From the NCBI GenBank assembly GCA_020891255.1, contig BQFW01000008.1, forward strand, positions 2,728,001 through 2,792,000: a stretch of 64,000 nucleotides of DNA. The letters run 5' to 3'. The stretch is from Entomortierella parvispora E1425 (lineage: Eukaryota > Fungi > Mortierellomycota). The position numbers were made by a program, and so were the translations under genes. The stretch's first letter is position 1. Every line of letters begins with the position of its first letter. Below the pieces are notes generated by a model. That model made no database searches. It was given only the letters and a program-made list of their open reading frames with translations, and was not told the DNA's origin. Shown here one piece after another: positions 33,401 through 46,902 of this stretch.

Positions 33401-36400
33401 TTGTGCTCGTGAAGGGTGTTGTACAGAGACACATTGACAAGTGTCGAAGGCCAGATCATGACGGATGGTTTGATCACATAGTCCAAAAGAAACCATGCCT
33501 AGGAGCATGAACAAAGGTCAGATATGATTCTCGCTGCCACCGATAACAAAAAAAAAAAAAAATCAATTGTGGGCCTACCATACTGAAACCGATACACTGT
33601 GAGCTGATGACAAGACCAATGCCGGTCCAGGGTCCCAATGGCTCGTTGAAAACTAAAGACTGGATCGCCAAAACATTCGTAGCATAGGCCTATTGTCCAA
33701 ATTCAGAAAAAAGGGCCACATTAGATATCTAATGACAACTCATGAATCGGGCGCCGATCACGCTTTCAATTATTCTTACCGGCGAACATCCAGCAGCGGC
33801 AGCGATTCCGATGAGCATGTGCTCCTTCATGTTGAACTTGCCCGGATTGAGAGTAAACGTCCAAGAGTATTTCCTTCGAGGCCTCACAGATCCGATACCA
33901 CTTAGGCTCTCCACTCCGTTCTTTGTACTCGCCACATTGGATCTGGCAAGAGTGCTCCTGTCTGTACCCCGGATAGGTCCTCCAGTCGGATTACCTCCTG
34001 TCCTTCTCACTCCATTTCCGCCAAAGGATCCAGTACTATCATCCGAATGGACTCCGACGTCAGGTTCTTCCTGTCGCCAGCAGCAGCTGAACAGATGCTC
34101 CAGCCATGCCGCGCCAGGGATCCAGATCTCAAATTCCCGCGTCGGCAGCCACCTTGCCATGGCCTTGCCACAGAAATAGGATGCCAACTGAACAAAGTAG
34201 ATGGAAAAGTAGGCCGAGCTGCTCCGAAAGAAATTGTACTCTGAAATGGCCGAGCCCATGACGACAAACAAAGTGGAGAGAATCCACATCCGAAACGTAA
34301 AGCAAGGAAGACTGGGGTCGTCTATGATGCCAACAGTCGCGCGAACGACTTGAATCGGGGAGTTCTCCATCGCAATTCCTCTAGCACTTACGCCGCTATT
34401 TGCAGTGGCGCCTCCAGTGGCGCCACCGATACCGCTGGTTGTCAGCCCTCCAGGACTCGCACCAGCTCCGTCATAGTTGGAGTAAAGGCTAGCGACGTTA
34501 CTTAAGTTGGTGAGTCGACTGTGTTGACGATGTCGAGCCGAGATTTGTTGGGAGACCGTGTCAACACTACAAATCGAATAAACAGATCGCCCTCGAGCAG
34601 CATCAGTAGAGGTTGCCTGGTTGATTGGAGCACTCCTAACTTCTTGACTGACATTTGAGACGCGGCCCTTGGGACTATACAAATCTTCAGAACTTTGGGA
34701 CAGTTCCTTTGACAGTGGAGTCAAGGGTGATATTGACGCGGCTGACTTTGAGCTGATACCGATGTTAGTGGCTGGCATATCCTGCAGTGGTATCTCTTCA
34801 TAGGTGGCATCGTCTTCCAAGTCCACTCGTCTAACCTCCAAATTTGTCGCAGAGCCATTCTCTACTCCTCGGCCGAGCGTGGTTGAGGATTCATTAAAAG
34901 AATCAAACGTCAACGGCTCCATAGCAAAGCCCAAGCCTAAGCCCAGGCCAGGGATTTTGAGATCCATCCCCATTGGCATGCCGACTTGTCCCAGTTCCAG
35001 GTAGGAGCTATCAGTCTTGCCTCCCAAGCCCTTATGGACACTGCTTCCTCGAGACGATCCCTCCGTGCCACCTTGGCTCGCAAATCGTTTTCGTCCAATG
35101 CTCTGTCCACTGAGAACTGATCCTGTACTAGAACCGACTCGGCGATGAGGTCGGGATACTGATTTTAAAAGTCCAGATGCAGGTCGCCCAGAAATTCCTG
35201 TGTTATGAGGTGGATGCTGTTGCAGCTGATGCTCTGCTTTGATTGAACTCCCTTCCTTTGACTGAAAAAAGTGCGATTTGGTGGTTTCTGAAGGTGAGTT
35301 TCCCTCCTCATCCGTTTCCTGAATGGGTGTGATGGCTAAAGAGGTGCCTGAAGATGAGTATGAATCCAGACCACTCCCAGCGCTACTGCTTCCCGGCATT
35401 GACGAACAAGATTGTTGTTGTTGTTGCTGTTGTTGTACCCGCTGTTTGTGCCTGGCTGCTGATTCTGCAGCTGCAGCTGCCGCCTCTGCAATGGCCGCCC
35501 TAGCCTCAGCCGCGATGGATGCTGCAGCGGCTGCGGTCGTGAGTGCCTTTTGTTCCTTAAAAACTCGAGCAGCCCTCTGAAAATCCTGGATCTGCCGCTC
35601 GTAGTTGTACTGGGCAAATTCCTGGCGAACAAACTGACTCGAGTAATTGTAATCCATAGTGGCGTCGCCACCGCCGCTGTTGCCCCCGTTTCGAGTAGAA
35701 GGTTTTCGACACTTTTCCTTTTTGCTGCCAAGTTTTCCGTGGAACTAGAGTGCGGTAAAAAAAAAAAGAATGTGAGCTCGAGGCATTTTTTTTGTGGGTA
35801 CGCTCTTGGTGATTCATCAGTCGCTGTTCTTACATTGCTCTCGATGGTCTTTTGGAGTCTCTGGGCTTTGCTGGAGGTACTACCGCCACCGCCGCCGTTG
35901 ACGCTCTGCACTTCAGCACTCCCAACAGAGCCTCCGCCGCCACCATCGAAAGCTCCACAGCGTCCCTGGGCGTGGGCACAGCTACAGCAACAACAGCAAC
36001 TCTCGTTGTTGGGCGAGAGAATGTTTTCCTGACTGCCATTCATATTCGGGAAGCCTTCCTGACAACACGTCAAATCTTCCCTGCTGCTGCTGAATAGTGA
36101 TCGTTGAGAGGCAGAGAGCTTCTTGATCGTGTTGGCTGCCAACTTTGAGGACAGGGCTCTCAAGGGACCCGGTGACGGCGAAGACGACCGAGTGTTGTTA
36201 TTGCTGTTGTTGTTGCAGTTGTTGAGGGAAGACCCCGAGTTGGAATGTTCCATCTCTGTGCCTCCCAGGATGGCCAGAGCGCCTGTTGACTGACTTGTTG
36301 CCATCACTGGTGTTGGGCTCGCCAGCACTGACACAGATCCCATGGAAGGTCGTCTTGAATGTGGTTGCCGCTGTTGTTGCTTGGGACAGTTTTTACAATG

Positions 36401-38467
36401 TCGACCACTCTTCCCATGACAGTTCCCTGATCCCGCTCCTGATCCTGGTCCTCCTTGACTTGACGCAGGTAAAAGTTGATGGCTCATGCCCCCGACTGCA
36501 GATGCTGAAATAGAAGCACGAAGGTGGGGATAGGCGTCGTTTGGGTAGGGGGTGGATGTCCCGTTGTGATAGCCTCCAGCCAGCATGGGTCCTTCTGAAC
36601 CAGCAGAACTAGGACCCCAGGAAGGAGAATAGTGGCCGAGATGGGACAGTCCTGGCAGTGCAGGTGGATCGTATTCTGAGGCATCGGCCGAGCTGGGGGC
36701 ATAATCTGATTGCAGAGTATGCAAGGTGGTGGTGCTCCCACCAGCAGCAACGGCAGGAGCAGTGGCAGTGAGATGGAGTCCAGGGTGGTTGGGCAGGTCG
36801 CTGGTGGAGGTAGTATTGCTGTTGGGGCCACTTCCGAGTTGATAGAGCGGATGGGCAGCAGGAGAGGATGAAGGGATGGAAGAGAGGTTGAGGAAGGAGT
36901 GGTTGGCATGCTGGTAGAGTGTGTGAATGGTGTTGTGATTGCTGTGCGTGGTGCTGTGAGTGTGACTGGGTGGGGAGGACAGGCTGTTCCCAGGGGACGA
37001 CGGTCGCTTGGCCCAGACCGATCCAGGGGTCGATGTCTCTGGTCCGGGTGTCTGATTCCCACTAGCGTGATGTGCTGCACACGATGGTTGATGTAGATGG
37101 TGGTGCTGCTGCTGCTGCTGTTGTGATTGACCTCCTCCACCTGCACTCTTGTGGCAAGGACAGGATCCTGTTGTAAAGGATCCGACCCCTGATACGGGTG
37201 TCATCGAGAAGGGAGAGGCCAGGCTCGATGTGCTCTGTGAGTGGGGGCCATGATGACCGTTGCTAGCGCTGTTACTTGAGATGGAGGCAAGGGTGCTAAC
37301 GGATGGAAGGGTGAGCGAAAAGTTGAGTTCATCTTGCTGCTGCAGCTGCATCTGCATCATGCGCCATTGATCCATCGATCCAGGGGTCTTTGGAGTCGCC
37401 GTCATCCCTGTCCCTTTCCCTGTTGTTCCTGTCAAAGACGATGTGGGGGTGGGATAGCCCGATGCATGATGATGTTGTTGTTGTTGATGATAGTAGTGGT
37501 GAAGGGGCCCAGGGGTTTTAGGGGTGGCAGGCGTTTGAAGCGTATGAGGGTGCTGTCCGTGAAAGAGATGACTGCTTTGGAAGGAAGAAGGGTGTTGATG
37601 TGCTGGACGCCCGTTGTTTGCAGTTGTCTTGGACGTGACAATCGCAGGCGGAATAACAATGTCCGATCGCAACGGGCGTTGTCTTCGCGTTTCAGGGACG
37701 ATTATCGGGGCAGGGGTTGTTGTGCTTGTAGAAAGAGCTGTTGCAGGATGAGAAGGGACAGGGGGAGCATTGCTATTGTTGTTGTTGTTTTTGCCGTCAT
37801 TATTGTTGTTGTTGTTTGTGTCGTGGAGGGAGGCAGGGGACAAGAGTGCGTGAGATGCAATGGAAGAAGGGCCAGCAACCGTTGGTGTTGTTATTATGGA
37901 TGTTGTTCCAAAAGCTGTAGAGTGGATCGAGGCGTTTCCACTTGCAGGAGTCGCAGGAAAGTAAGAGGACCTGGCCGAGTACGGGGTCATGAGTCCATTG
38001 GCTCCTCCTGCTGGCGTTGCCGGCGTGCCTGGCGTCCTGGCGGTTGAATGAGTCGAGGACGATAGCAAAGCTGGATCCTGTGGAGGACGAAATTGGGCCA
38101 GGTTGAAATGGTGTGACACAGTCGTTGTTGACGGGAGAGCAACGGCATCTTGGTCCATGTGGGTGACACCAGTTGAGCCATTGTTCTCGCGATGGACAGT
38201 GGATGGATCGATCTCCTGTGGTGGATGATGTGGGCCGTGGTCTTCTTGTTGCTGCTGTTGTTGCTGGTTCGGTTGTTCTGACGACTCGGTTGTGGAGGGT
38301 GCTATCGTGTCTGCGGGTTCACTTCCAAAGGTGCCCATGCCAAACTCTTTTTTGCGCCGGGGCATGGAAATGACCACCGTGGCCTTGGGCGGCTTGGGTG
38401 CCTTTGGTTCCTTTGTCTTTTTCTTTTCTGATTTCTCGGTCCCATTTGACTTTGCCCAACTGATCAT
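30442..38467 (-). CDS. OPT-family oligopeptide transporter with very long low-complexity N-terminal extension, multi-exon
   Basis: OPT motifs NSPIQVVRATV, DDPSLPCFTFRMW, LNPGKFNMKEH, DIHTRLMKVYPEV, LKLGHYMKVPPR, YTFVLAAALDAG. Exon 38467-35834 splices in phase 0 (GTAAGA..CTAG) to 35744, in frame with ORF 33729-35657. The 5' exon linkage is less certain than the OPT core. Confidence 0.8.
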
Positions 38468-38689
38468 TGTGTGTTGTTGTACAGGATGCGATGAGGAATG
38501 AGGATGGCGTTACGTGGATGAAGAAAGAGCCGCAGGTGAAGAGGGGAGAGAGAGTGTGGATAAAAGAGGACCAGCCTCTTTGTGCAATGGATCCACGAAG
38601 AACAGGGTCGTCAAAGGCGAGATGGATGTGTCGTATAAAGACAGTAGGGCAACAGACAGGCTATAGGCCACGATCGATATAGGTAGAGG

Positions 38690-39680
38690 AGAAGAGTGAG
38701 AAAGAAAATCAAAGAGGGCAGAAGGGGATGAATGAAAGGGGATGAAGTAATCGGAGAGGCGTGCAGAAGAGAAAAAGATGTGGTGGCCCGAGTGGAGTAC
38801 TAGAGTCTGGTGGACTTTGTCCTGAGAGAAGGGAGATGATGGATCAAAAGGGGGGGCCTTGAACTGGCTGCTGAGCAAGGAGCAAGGGCAAGGGAAGCCG
38901 TTGGCGGACGAAAGGGAGCAGACGAGCGGAGCAAAGAGGGTGTGTATGTTGTTAATAGACTGAGGACTGAGGACTGAGGAGAAAGGGAGAGAGAGAAAGA
39001 TCAAGGGACGGTTTATCGACAACGGGCCTAGGATATAACTTGCCTGGTTGAATGGCATGCAGAGATGTAGAGATGAAGAGATGTTGAAAGAATGAAAGCG
39101 TGCAAGAGCAAGAGAGAAGGATGAGAGGACACGAAAGGAAAGAGAACAGAAGAGAGGAGTGGATGGGATGGGATGGATGAAATGAATGGGTGAGACAATG
39201 GAGAGTAGGAGAGGGTGGCTCCGTCTTTGTGCTTTCACGATCAAGCGAGAGAGTGGGGAAAGAAGGAAGAGTGAAGAGAGAGATATATAGAAAGAGAGGT
39301 AGAAAGAGATAGAGAGAGATAGAGAGAAAGAGAAAAGGAAAGAGAGGAAAAGAGACTAGAAGCACACGGTTGAGTATGTCCATATCCATCCCCTGCCTTT
39401 GTGCGTCATGGCATGGAACGCGACTTTATTGTCCGAAGCAGGACCGAAGAGTAGTAGCCGCGCCTTCTTCCAGGACAGGACAACAGTACCAGAATAGAAC
39501 AGGCACAACGGAGAGAGAGAGACAAGGATAGAGAGACAAAGGATAGAGAGACAGGAGCAACAGGGTCCCTGGTGCTGCACACCGTGGTCTGTCCATCTGT
39601 CCTACATACATACATACATACACAGGAGAAAAGAGCAGATCGAGAAGGAACAAAAAAAAGAAGCGACTGAGCCAGGGGTC
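38690..39680. repeat. GA-rich low-complexity and short tandem repeats upstream of the OPT gene
   Basis: Runs of gaga/gaaa and short tandem units (ggatg, taca, ccatggt) are directly visible. Confidence 0.6.
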
Positions 39681-40286
39681 CATGGTCCATGGTCCATGGC
39701 CGCATGCTTGCTACGCATACACTTTTTTGGACATTCACACACGCGCGTCGTGCCTCGGCCCGCAGGCTCAGGACTGTTGTGTCCATTCCTGACAGACTGT
39801 TCAGACTGTCAGAGAGTGAATGGATATGTGAGCAAGGGGGAAGGAAGAGGAAGCCTGTTTGAAGAGAAGAAGGAGGAGATGAAAGAAGAAAAGGGCAAGG
39901 GCGAAAAAGACGGAGACTGACTTTCCTTCTCTTTCTCTCTGTCTTTCTATCTTTTGTCCTTTGTCGACAAATAAAGACCATGGCCCATGGCGAAAAGTGC
40001 GCCGAGTCGAGACCGCCTTTTGTCTCTTCTCTCTCTGCATGTGTGCGTGTGGATGCATGCCTGTTCTTCATCTGCATCCTGTCTACATGTCCACATGCGT
40101 CATTGATTCACATCCTAATTCTATGAACCATGACATGCCATCGGTGACACAACCTCGAGAACAAGAGATACAAAGGTCGAGGTGGGGACTCTCTTTCTTC
40201 CTACTTTCCCTTCTTCTCGTATTCCTTTGACTGTGCCCTACCCTGTCCCCCCCTGTCCTTCCCACCGTCCCTCCGTTTGAGCCAAC

Positions 40287-41550
40287 ATGATCCTCCCCGA
40301 GATCTGCTCCATATATCGCCCTGTTCCTCGATCACCCAGACCTGCTCAGCTGTGCACAGTACGTGTCTGCCAACAATGGCTCGAGACCCTTTCACCTTGC
40401 ATCTAAATACCACTGCCTCGATCTAAACTCACTCAAAGAGGGCGCACCAAAGAGAGGCCATTCCCCCTCTGCATCTGCTATCCAACAGTATGGGCGTAAT
40501 GTGCAAGACCTGACTGACCCTCGGGATACACTGTTACTTTATGTTACTTTATCCGTTCGACGGCTAAAGACTGTGCACATCCAATCCATCTACACTCTCG
40601 CCTCAGACTCCACGGATGAACTGAACAAAAATCATCCGGCCCCTCCTACACAACACTGATATCCAGCAGCTCTATTTTGATATCGCTCCGGGTCAAGGTA
40701 AAAAAACCGATCTTCGACTCATTGTTTTGTTTTTGACAGGGATTAACTAGGGTAAATATGTTTTTTCTTGAACCACTGCCTGGTGCAATATGTGGCCCTT
40801 CAGACCAACGGTGTCGAGCTTAGTAAAGTGGCCAAGTCTGTTTCGAATCAGAACCGGCCGTTCCAAAGTCTCAAGAAGCTGTCCCTCGCCGTGTGCCGTG
40901 AACCTGGCCTACGGGTCATCACTGACTGACTTTCTATCTGTCCACAGTTGGAAGAGTTCCATCTCTCGCGTCTTCGAAGTGAACCTTGATATCTTTACAG
41001 AGCTTAAAGGTCTTTGTCCTCGATTACATACACTAGCGCTTTGTGGCGTGTACTTCGAAAGGATGCAGCTTCCAGAGGTCATTCAGTCCTTCCCTGCGTT
41101 GACAGACATTTCATATAACAGGGTCATATACAGGAACATTGTTCTTCATGACATTGGAGAATCGATTCTCAGATCTGACAAGTTTAGACTTGTATGGCTG
41201 CGCGGGTATTAGGGATTGGATATCATTGCAGATCTTGTTCTCATGTCCACGACTCGTCCGATTTATTTCAACCTTGCCAGTACGGCGTATCTCCCTTCTT
41301 CTCCATCAGATCAACGCACGGCTGTGGAAGAGTCTTATTCGCATCGATTTTGGGTTTGCTCGGGACTGAGGCATCTAGAAGTTGCCAAATTTGCGTGGTC
41401 GTATGAACCAGAGTGGAACGCAAGGGCAATGGAGCAGCTGAGGGCTTTGAGAGATCTGGCGGTTTTCATCGTCCGACTACCCTGGCCTAGAGGTGGCATT
41501 GGAAAAAAAGTTGTCAAGTTTTTGCCAATTTTTGGCCTGGCAACCAATTG
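40287..41550 (+). pseudogene. Decayed F-box/LRR gene with multiple frameshifts and stops
   Basis: Frame-hopping translation MILPEIC / IALFLDHPDLLSCAQ / VCQQWLETLSPCI* (F-box), SAIQQYGRNVQDL, LKGLCPRLHTLAL, LTSLDLYGC, WVCSGLRHLEV. Confidence 0.7.
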
Positions 41551-42085
41551 ATGATCCACCAAAATAAATGAAACAACAGGCTGGGCTTTAAGCATGAGTG
41601 GCCCCTTTGTCGACACCGATAGGATGACATTGTTCAGCTTGAAAACAGCTCTGCTTCAGAGGTGTCACAGCGCAGAGTTTCCGTGCTGATATGTAGTACC
41701 CTCCCTCATCTACAAACTCTTCTTCCTGCCAAGGATCAACTGTGTAAAAAAAAAAGCAGTTGCTCAGTCGAAGTTCATTTTTGCTTGACCAAAAGTCAAA
41801 ACGTCGTGCCATGCCCTGATCTCCCCGTGCCATGCCCTAATCTCCCCACTCAGGCACTCATTGCAACCTTGTGATCATCCATCAGCAGTAGACACCCCCT
41901 AGGGGATTTCAAAGGGTAGCTGGATGGATGATGTCCACCGTCAGCGCTGAATCCTGGTACCGCCACCTCCTGCATTAAAGGAAAAAAAAAAAAAAGGAAA
42001 AAAAGTCCCTCATTTCACTTCTCTTTGATCTTCATCTCTCCCTCCACCACTCTTTTCTACCTCAGACTTTCACTTCCATTGGACC

Positions 42086-44508
42086 ATGTTGTCAAGCTGC
42101 CTACTGAGTATAGCTGCCCTAGCGACCGTCCTGTTTCCTGTAGCGAATCCACTTCCAGCATCTACCAGCAAGCGATTTCTTCTACCAGATGCAGCTCGAG
42201 CGGACGATATCGATGGCGTTAGTATCCTCATGAAGGGCCAGGCCGAAACACTTCCTATCATCAAAAACACTTTTTTGCTCCTTTCCAGACCTACTGATTA
42301 CTACGAAGGGATGGCAAACTGTCTGAAAATGGGCGAAGGTACGACTCTTTCACTTTTTACCTGCAAATTCGCCCATCGCAGCTAACCCATCCCAGTCGTG
42401 GTAATAACTGGACTTCCATCTTCTTTTCCCCTACTGCCCCCCTCTTGCCTGTTCAAAAAAATACAGGTGGATACGTCTTTGTGGCAGGAACAGCAGCCGC
42501 AAAAGATCTGGTCGATTTACTCAAATCCAACGCTCCCGCCAACGAGGAAGTCCAGGGAGTCGATCGATTCTGGGTATATAACGGTGAGAGCCAGTTCCAG
42601 TCTTTTGTTCCTTTCCCAAGGTTCAGTCCTCGATCTAATCCGTTTGTTCATTGATCTTGCACCTCAACAGCTTTCCCTGGTGTCTTTGGAAAATGCCTGG
42701 CTGTCAACAAGCAGACTGGGACGACGGAATCGCTCGCCTGCAGCACTCCATTGCCCACGGTCTGCTAAAACAGCGTGATGCGGCGTGTATATATCTTTCG
42801 GGACGATACACGTCAAATCATTGTGAACGCGTCCGTTGGCCAGATCCAAGGTTGGCGCGACCAAAACGCATTCCGATTTCTTGGGATCCCATACGCCGAG
42901 CCGCCCACAGGAGAGCGCCGTTTCGCAAAAGCGGTTCTGAAAGCACCTTTCACCAATGGCGTATGGGATGCTATCGACTACCGATACATCTGCCCTCAGA
43001 TGCCATTGCTGCCCGATCGACATGACATAAACAAGCTCCAGGAAACATTGCTTTCCGAGTTGGAAAACTTGGCCCCCGAAGACGAAGATTGTCTGTTCTT
43101 GAATGTCTATACACCAAGTCTCAAGGGTTCAGGGAAAAGTGGACTCCCCGTTATTGTATATGTCCATGGAGGGGGCTACTCCTCCTTCTCTGGGTCCACC
43201 GTTCTTTTTGAGCCTGGTCATATGATTGCTCGAGGTGGTGTGGTCGTGGTGACCTTGAATTACCGCTTGGGGTTCTTGGGCTGGTTTGAGAACCAAGACA
43301 CCTGGAACCGGACTGCAGTGCCTGGAAACCAAGCTGTCCACGACGTTGTCCTCGCATTGAAATGGGTCCAAAAGAACATTGCTGCCTTCGGAGGGGATCC
43401 TGGTCGCGTCACCGCCATGGGAGAAAGTGTGGGCGCCGTCACCGTCCGGGCTTTGCTGTCGGCTCCCAGCACTTGGAACTTGTACCAAAATGTGATTATG
43501 GAATCCGATCCCATTTCCCTCCCCTTTAAACCCGCTGCGATGGCCGCTCAGGAGACGACCTATTTCATGGAGGCGCTTGGATGTGCGCCCCAAGATATTA
43601 TCTGTGCGAGAGCCGTCCCTATCAAGGACCTTCTCAAAGCCCAGCTCGTTGCCTTTGACCGTGCCTTGGCTGACAACTACTGGGTCACCTTTGGTCTTTT
43701 ATACCGCCCAGTCATTGACGGTGACCTGATTGCTGCCAACTTTTCAGAATTGGCCAAGCAAGGTCGACACAACACACAGGCCAACATCCTTTGGGGCACC
43801 ATGCATGATGAAGCAGGACTATATGCAGTACCGTACTGGCATGACCTTGTCCCTGTCAGCAACGCTAGTGCTGCTCTCCTGGAGCTTTTTGAAAAAGAGC
43901 GCATCGCCACCGTTTTGAACTCTGGTTTCTTTCCCCTCAACCAGTCTCAGCCAGACAGTTTCCGTATTACAGCGACACGGTTCGCAACCGATTATTTCTG
44001 GCTCTGTCCTTTGCGGTATCTATCCCATCTGGTTTCGCAACACAAACGAACCTTTCACTACCGCTTCGATCGAGGGCGCGACATCCCTTTGGTCAATGAC
44101 CCCTTCTGTGGCTCCAAAACAAACAGGTGGTGCCACAGCTTAGATATACAGCCCAGTTTTGGATCTGGCGATGCTGTCCCGGGGTACTTCCAGGACGGGG
44201 ACGATGCCCGGTTTGCGCGCCAGGTCATTGATCGGCTCACGAGCTTTGCCAAGACAGGGGATCCGAACCCCCAGCCGGGGCAGGTTGGCTATGAGGCGTC
44301 GAATCCAGATGTGACGAGCGTTCTATGGATTGCTCATGAAGGAGGAAGTGGAGGAGATAGGTACAATCCAACTCTGGACTTGAATGTGGAGTCGGCGATG
44401 ACCTTTGATGCCGAGGCAGATGCGTGCGATTGGATGGAAAAGGACTTTTTGTTTGATTTCTTGTACCATGATCCCGCAAAGTACAAACCAACGAAACCCA
44501 TTGTGTAA
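42086..44508 (+). CDS. Secreted type-B carboxylesterase with Cys-rich N-domain; in-frame TAA at 42766-42768
   Basis: Signal-like MLSSCLLSIAALATVLFPVANP; FLGIPYAEPP, EDCLFLNVY, VHGGGY, GESVG nucleophile elbow, GTMHDEA, WCHSLDI; two introns before 42671. Confidence 0.85.
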
Positions 44509-45737
44509 TTTCCCTGTAGATAGGATCATGTTCAGTTTGATCTTTTTGCAAAGAGGTTTACATCATCATACACTGTTGGCCGGGTGCCCAACGATCTCTG
44601 GCTGGACTTGTAAAACTTTCCAAGGCTCTCTGCTGCAGCTGCACATCATTTTTTTTTTCTTTTGGGGGAAGACCGGGATTACACACTCGAATTTGAATGG
44701 CTAATTTTAATGCAACCCGCTTTCTGCTTCCTCGCGTCCTTTACGCGACTCTACCTGAACTGTTGCTACTGCTATCAGTAGTCTGCCTCGCTTCCCCTTC
44801 ATGCAGTTGGAGACATGCCCACCTAATGTGCAAGCGCACCTCCACTTACTGAAGAGGCACGCACGCACAGACCATGATTATTGTGTTGAGGCACGACGTT
44901 GTTTTTGACCTTGGGGTGCTGCTGGGCCATCCAATTGCCCACTGGGTCGCACAGGACGGAGAAATGAGAAGAGGAGCCTGGACTAACTTTTTTCAGAAAT
45001 TGCACCGGGGAAGCAGCAGCGAAAAAATAAAGTCGAGTCATTTTCCCAGATTCGACTTGTGCTTTTTTGGAGTGCTTTTTGGCCCTCTTCCTTGGGTAAT
45101 CAAAGGGGAGCCATGGAGGTACCCTACCATTCGTTTTTTTTACCAAGGATGGAGGTCCCACACCCCAGAAAAGCCCCGCTTTCCAGCTGTGGGAAATTCT
45201 ATTTTGGTTGGGATGTGAGACACACTTTTGTGGATCCACTTTTGTCACTTTTGTCCGCCCTTTTTGTCCCACGTACGCCATGGTTCGTCTTCCGCCGCAT
45301 CTACTTTATCTCGTACGTATTGGGCCATGGAGGGCTTTGGATCCCTTTTTCCTTGGAGCTTTTTGTTTCCCTCAAGGCCACACAATCGGCAAACAAGCAA
45401 CAAAGGGGGTGGTTGGTTCGTGGATGGTTCAATTGCTCAATTGCCCAACCGCAAAGATCATGCACGTTTGACCTCGTCGGTCATGCTGTCATTGGGGGGT
45501 ATGTATCTATCTCGTCGAGAGAGAAAAGAGGAAAGGGGTGGGGTTCCATTTCTCACAGAAAACACGCCATCGTCACCATTCTCTTCCCTTGGGCTCCCGT
45601 CTACTATAAATCACATCCTCCTATCGAGCTTTCCGCCCTTTTTTTTCTTTTTTCATCAATTGTTCCTCTCTCCTCTCCCGTTCCTTCACTCTTCCCCCTT
45701 TTCTATACTCCCTCACCCACAACATCACAAATCCAAC

Positions 45738-46148
45738 ATGAGCTTCCCCAGCGGCCCCTTCCAGATCAAGCTTCGTGACGAGGATGTCGTCCTCGATGTC
45801 AAGCAAGGCACGACCGAGCCCGGTGCCGAGGTCATTATCTGGCGCAGCCGTCGCCACGAGGACGACAACGACAACCAAAAGTGGGTCTATGAGGACGGTC
45901 AGATCAAGAACTTGAAGAGCGGTATGGCCCTCACCGCCACCAGCTTCAACCGCGGTGCCGGTTTCGCCCAGTACCCCAGCGAGGGCAACGAGAAGCAGAA
46001 CTACGACTACTACGATTTCACCATCAGTGCCCAGGAGGACGAGGATCTGGTCATTGGTGTTACTTCCAGGGAGGAGGGCTCCTCGGTCACCTTGGTGCGT
46101 CGCGACAATGATGATTTCAAGCAGATGTGGGAGCTTGTTCCTCTGTAA
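45738..46148 (+). CDS. Ricin-B (beta-trefoil, CBM13-like) lectin, 136 aa, no signal peptide
   Basis: VLDVKQG..PGAEVIIW, NQKWVYEDGQIKNLKSGMAL, KQMWEL (QxW motifs); strong C/G third-position bias. Confidence 0.85.
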   Translation: MSFPSGPFQIKLRDEDVVLDVKQGTTEPGAEVIIWRSRRHEDDNDNQKWVYEDGQIKNLKSGMALTATSFNRGAGFAQYPSEGNEKQNYDYYDFTISAQEDEDLVIGVTSREEGSSVTLVRRDNDDFKQMWELVPL

Positions 46149-46902
46149 ATAAGGGGTTTTGACAGATCCACCCCGCCATAACCATCCAGCTTTCAGCGAC
46201 TCGACCCGACTTGACTCAATACCAAAACCCATCCATCCCCTCCCCAAAAAAAATGCACATAACTCCCTTGAAACTTGCTCCTCTGGCTGTCCACCCATAC
46301 CTTTTTTTTTCATTCGTGGCAGCCAACGAGCCTGTTTGTACCATTTGAGAAATAAAAAGGCGATCTGAAGCTGTTACCCAAAAAATGGAACACTACCGAA
46401 AGAACGAGAAAGATGAGGAACTCATGAGCGCGTGTGAACTAGAACAGATAAAAAGTTGTCAGCATGTGAGTGCAAGCGGAAAAAAGATCACCACTTTCTT
46501 GGTCTTTGTCGAAACAAAGGTCGTGGGAGCAAACCATTCTCACAAGTGGCTGTTGACGCCCAGCCTTCTTTCTCGGGTCAAGGAAAGGGGAACAGGGCGC
46601 GTGCGTGCGGGCGGGCGTGCGTAGGACAACGCCATTCAAAAAATCGTGACTGCTAGAAGAGCTTGGGCTTTCTCTTAACTTTTTTTTTTTTTTTTTTTTT
46701 TTTTTCATGCCAACGACACGTCCGTCCACGGGCACGCCATTGGTGCCCTCTCTTTTCCTTCCACAAAGCGCTTCAGGGATGCATGAACCCTGAAGAACAG
46801 TAGCTTTGCCTGCCTCCTTGAATCAATCGCGTTCTTAATTCAAAAATTAACTTTGTATCCTCTGCCAGACTGCAGTAGCACTCTTTCATTGCACTTGTCC
46901 TG

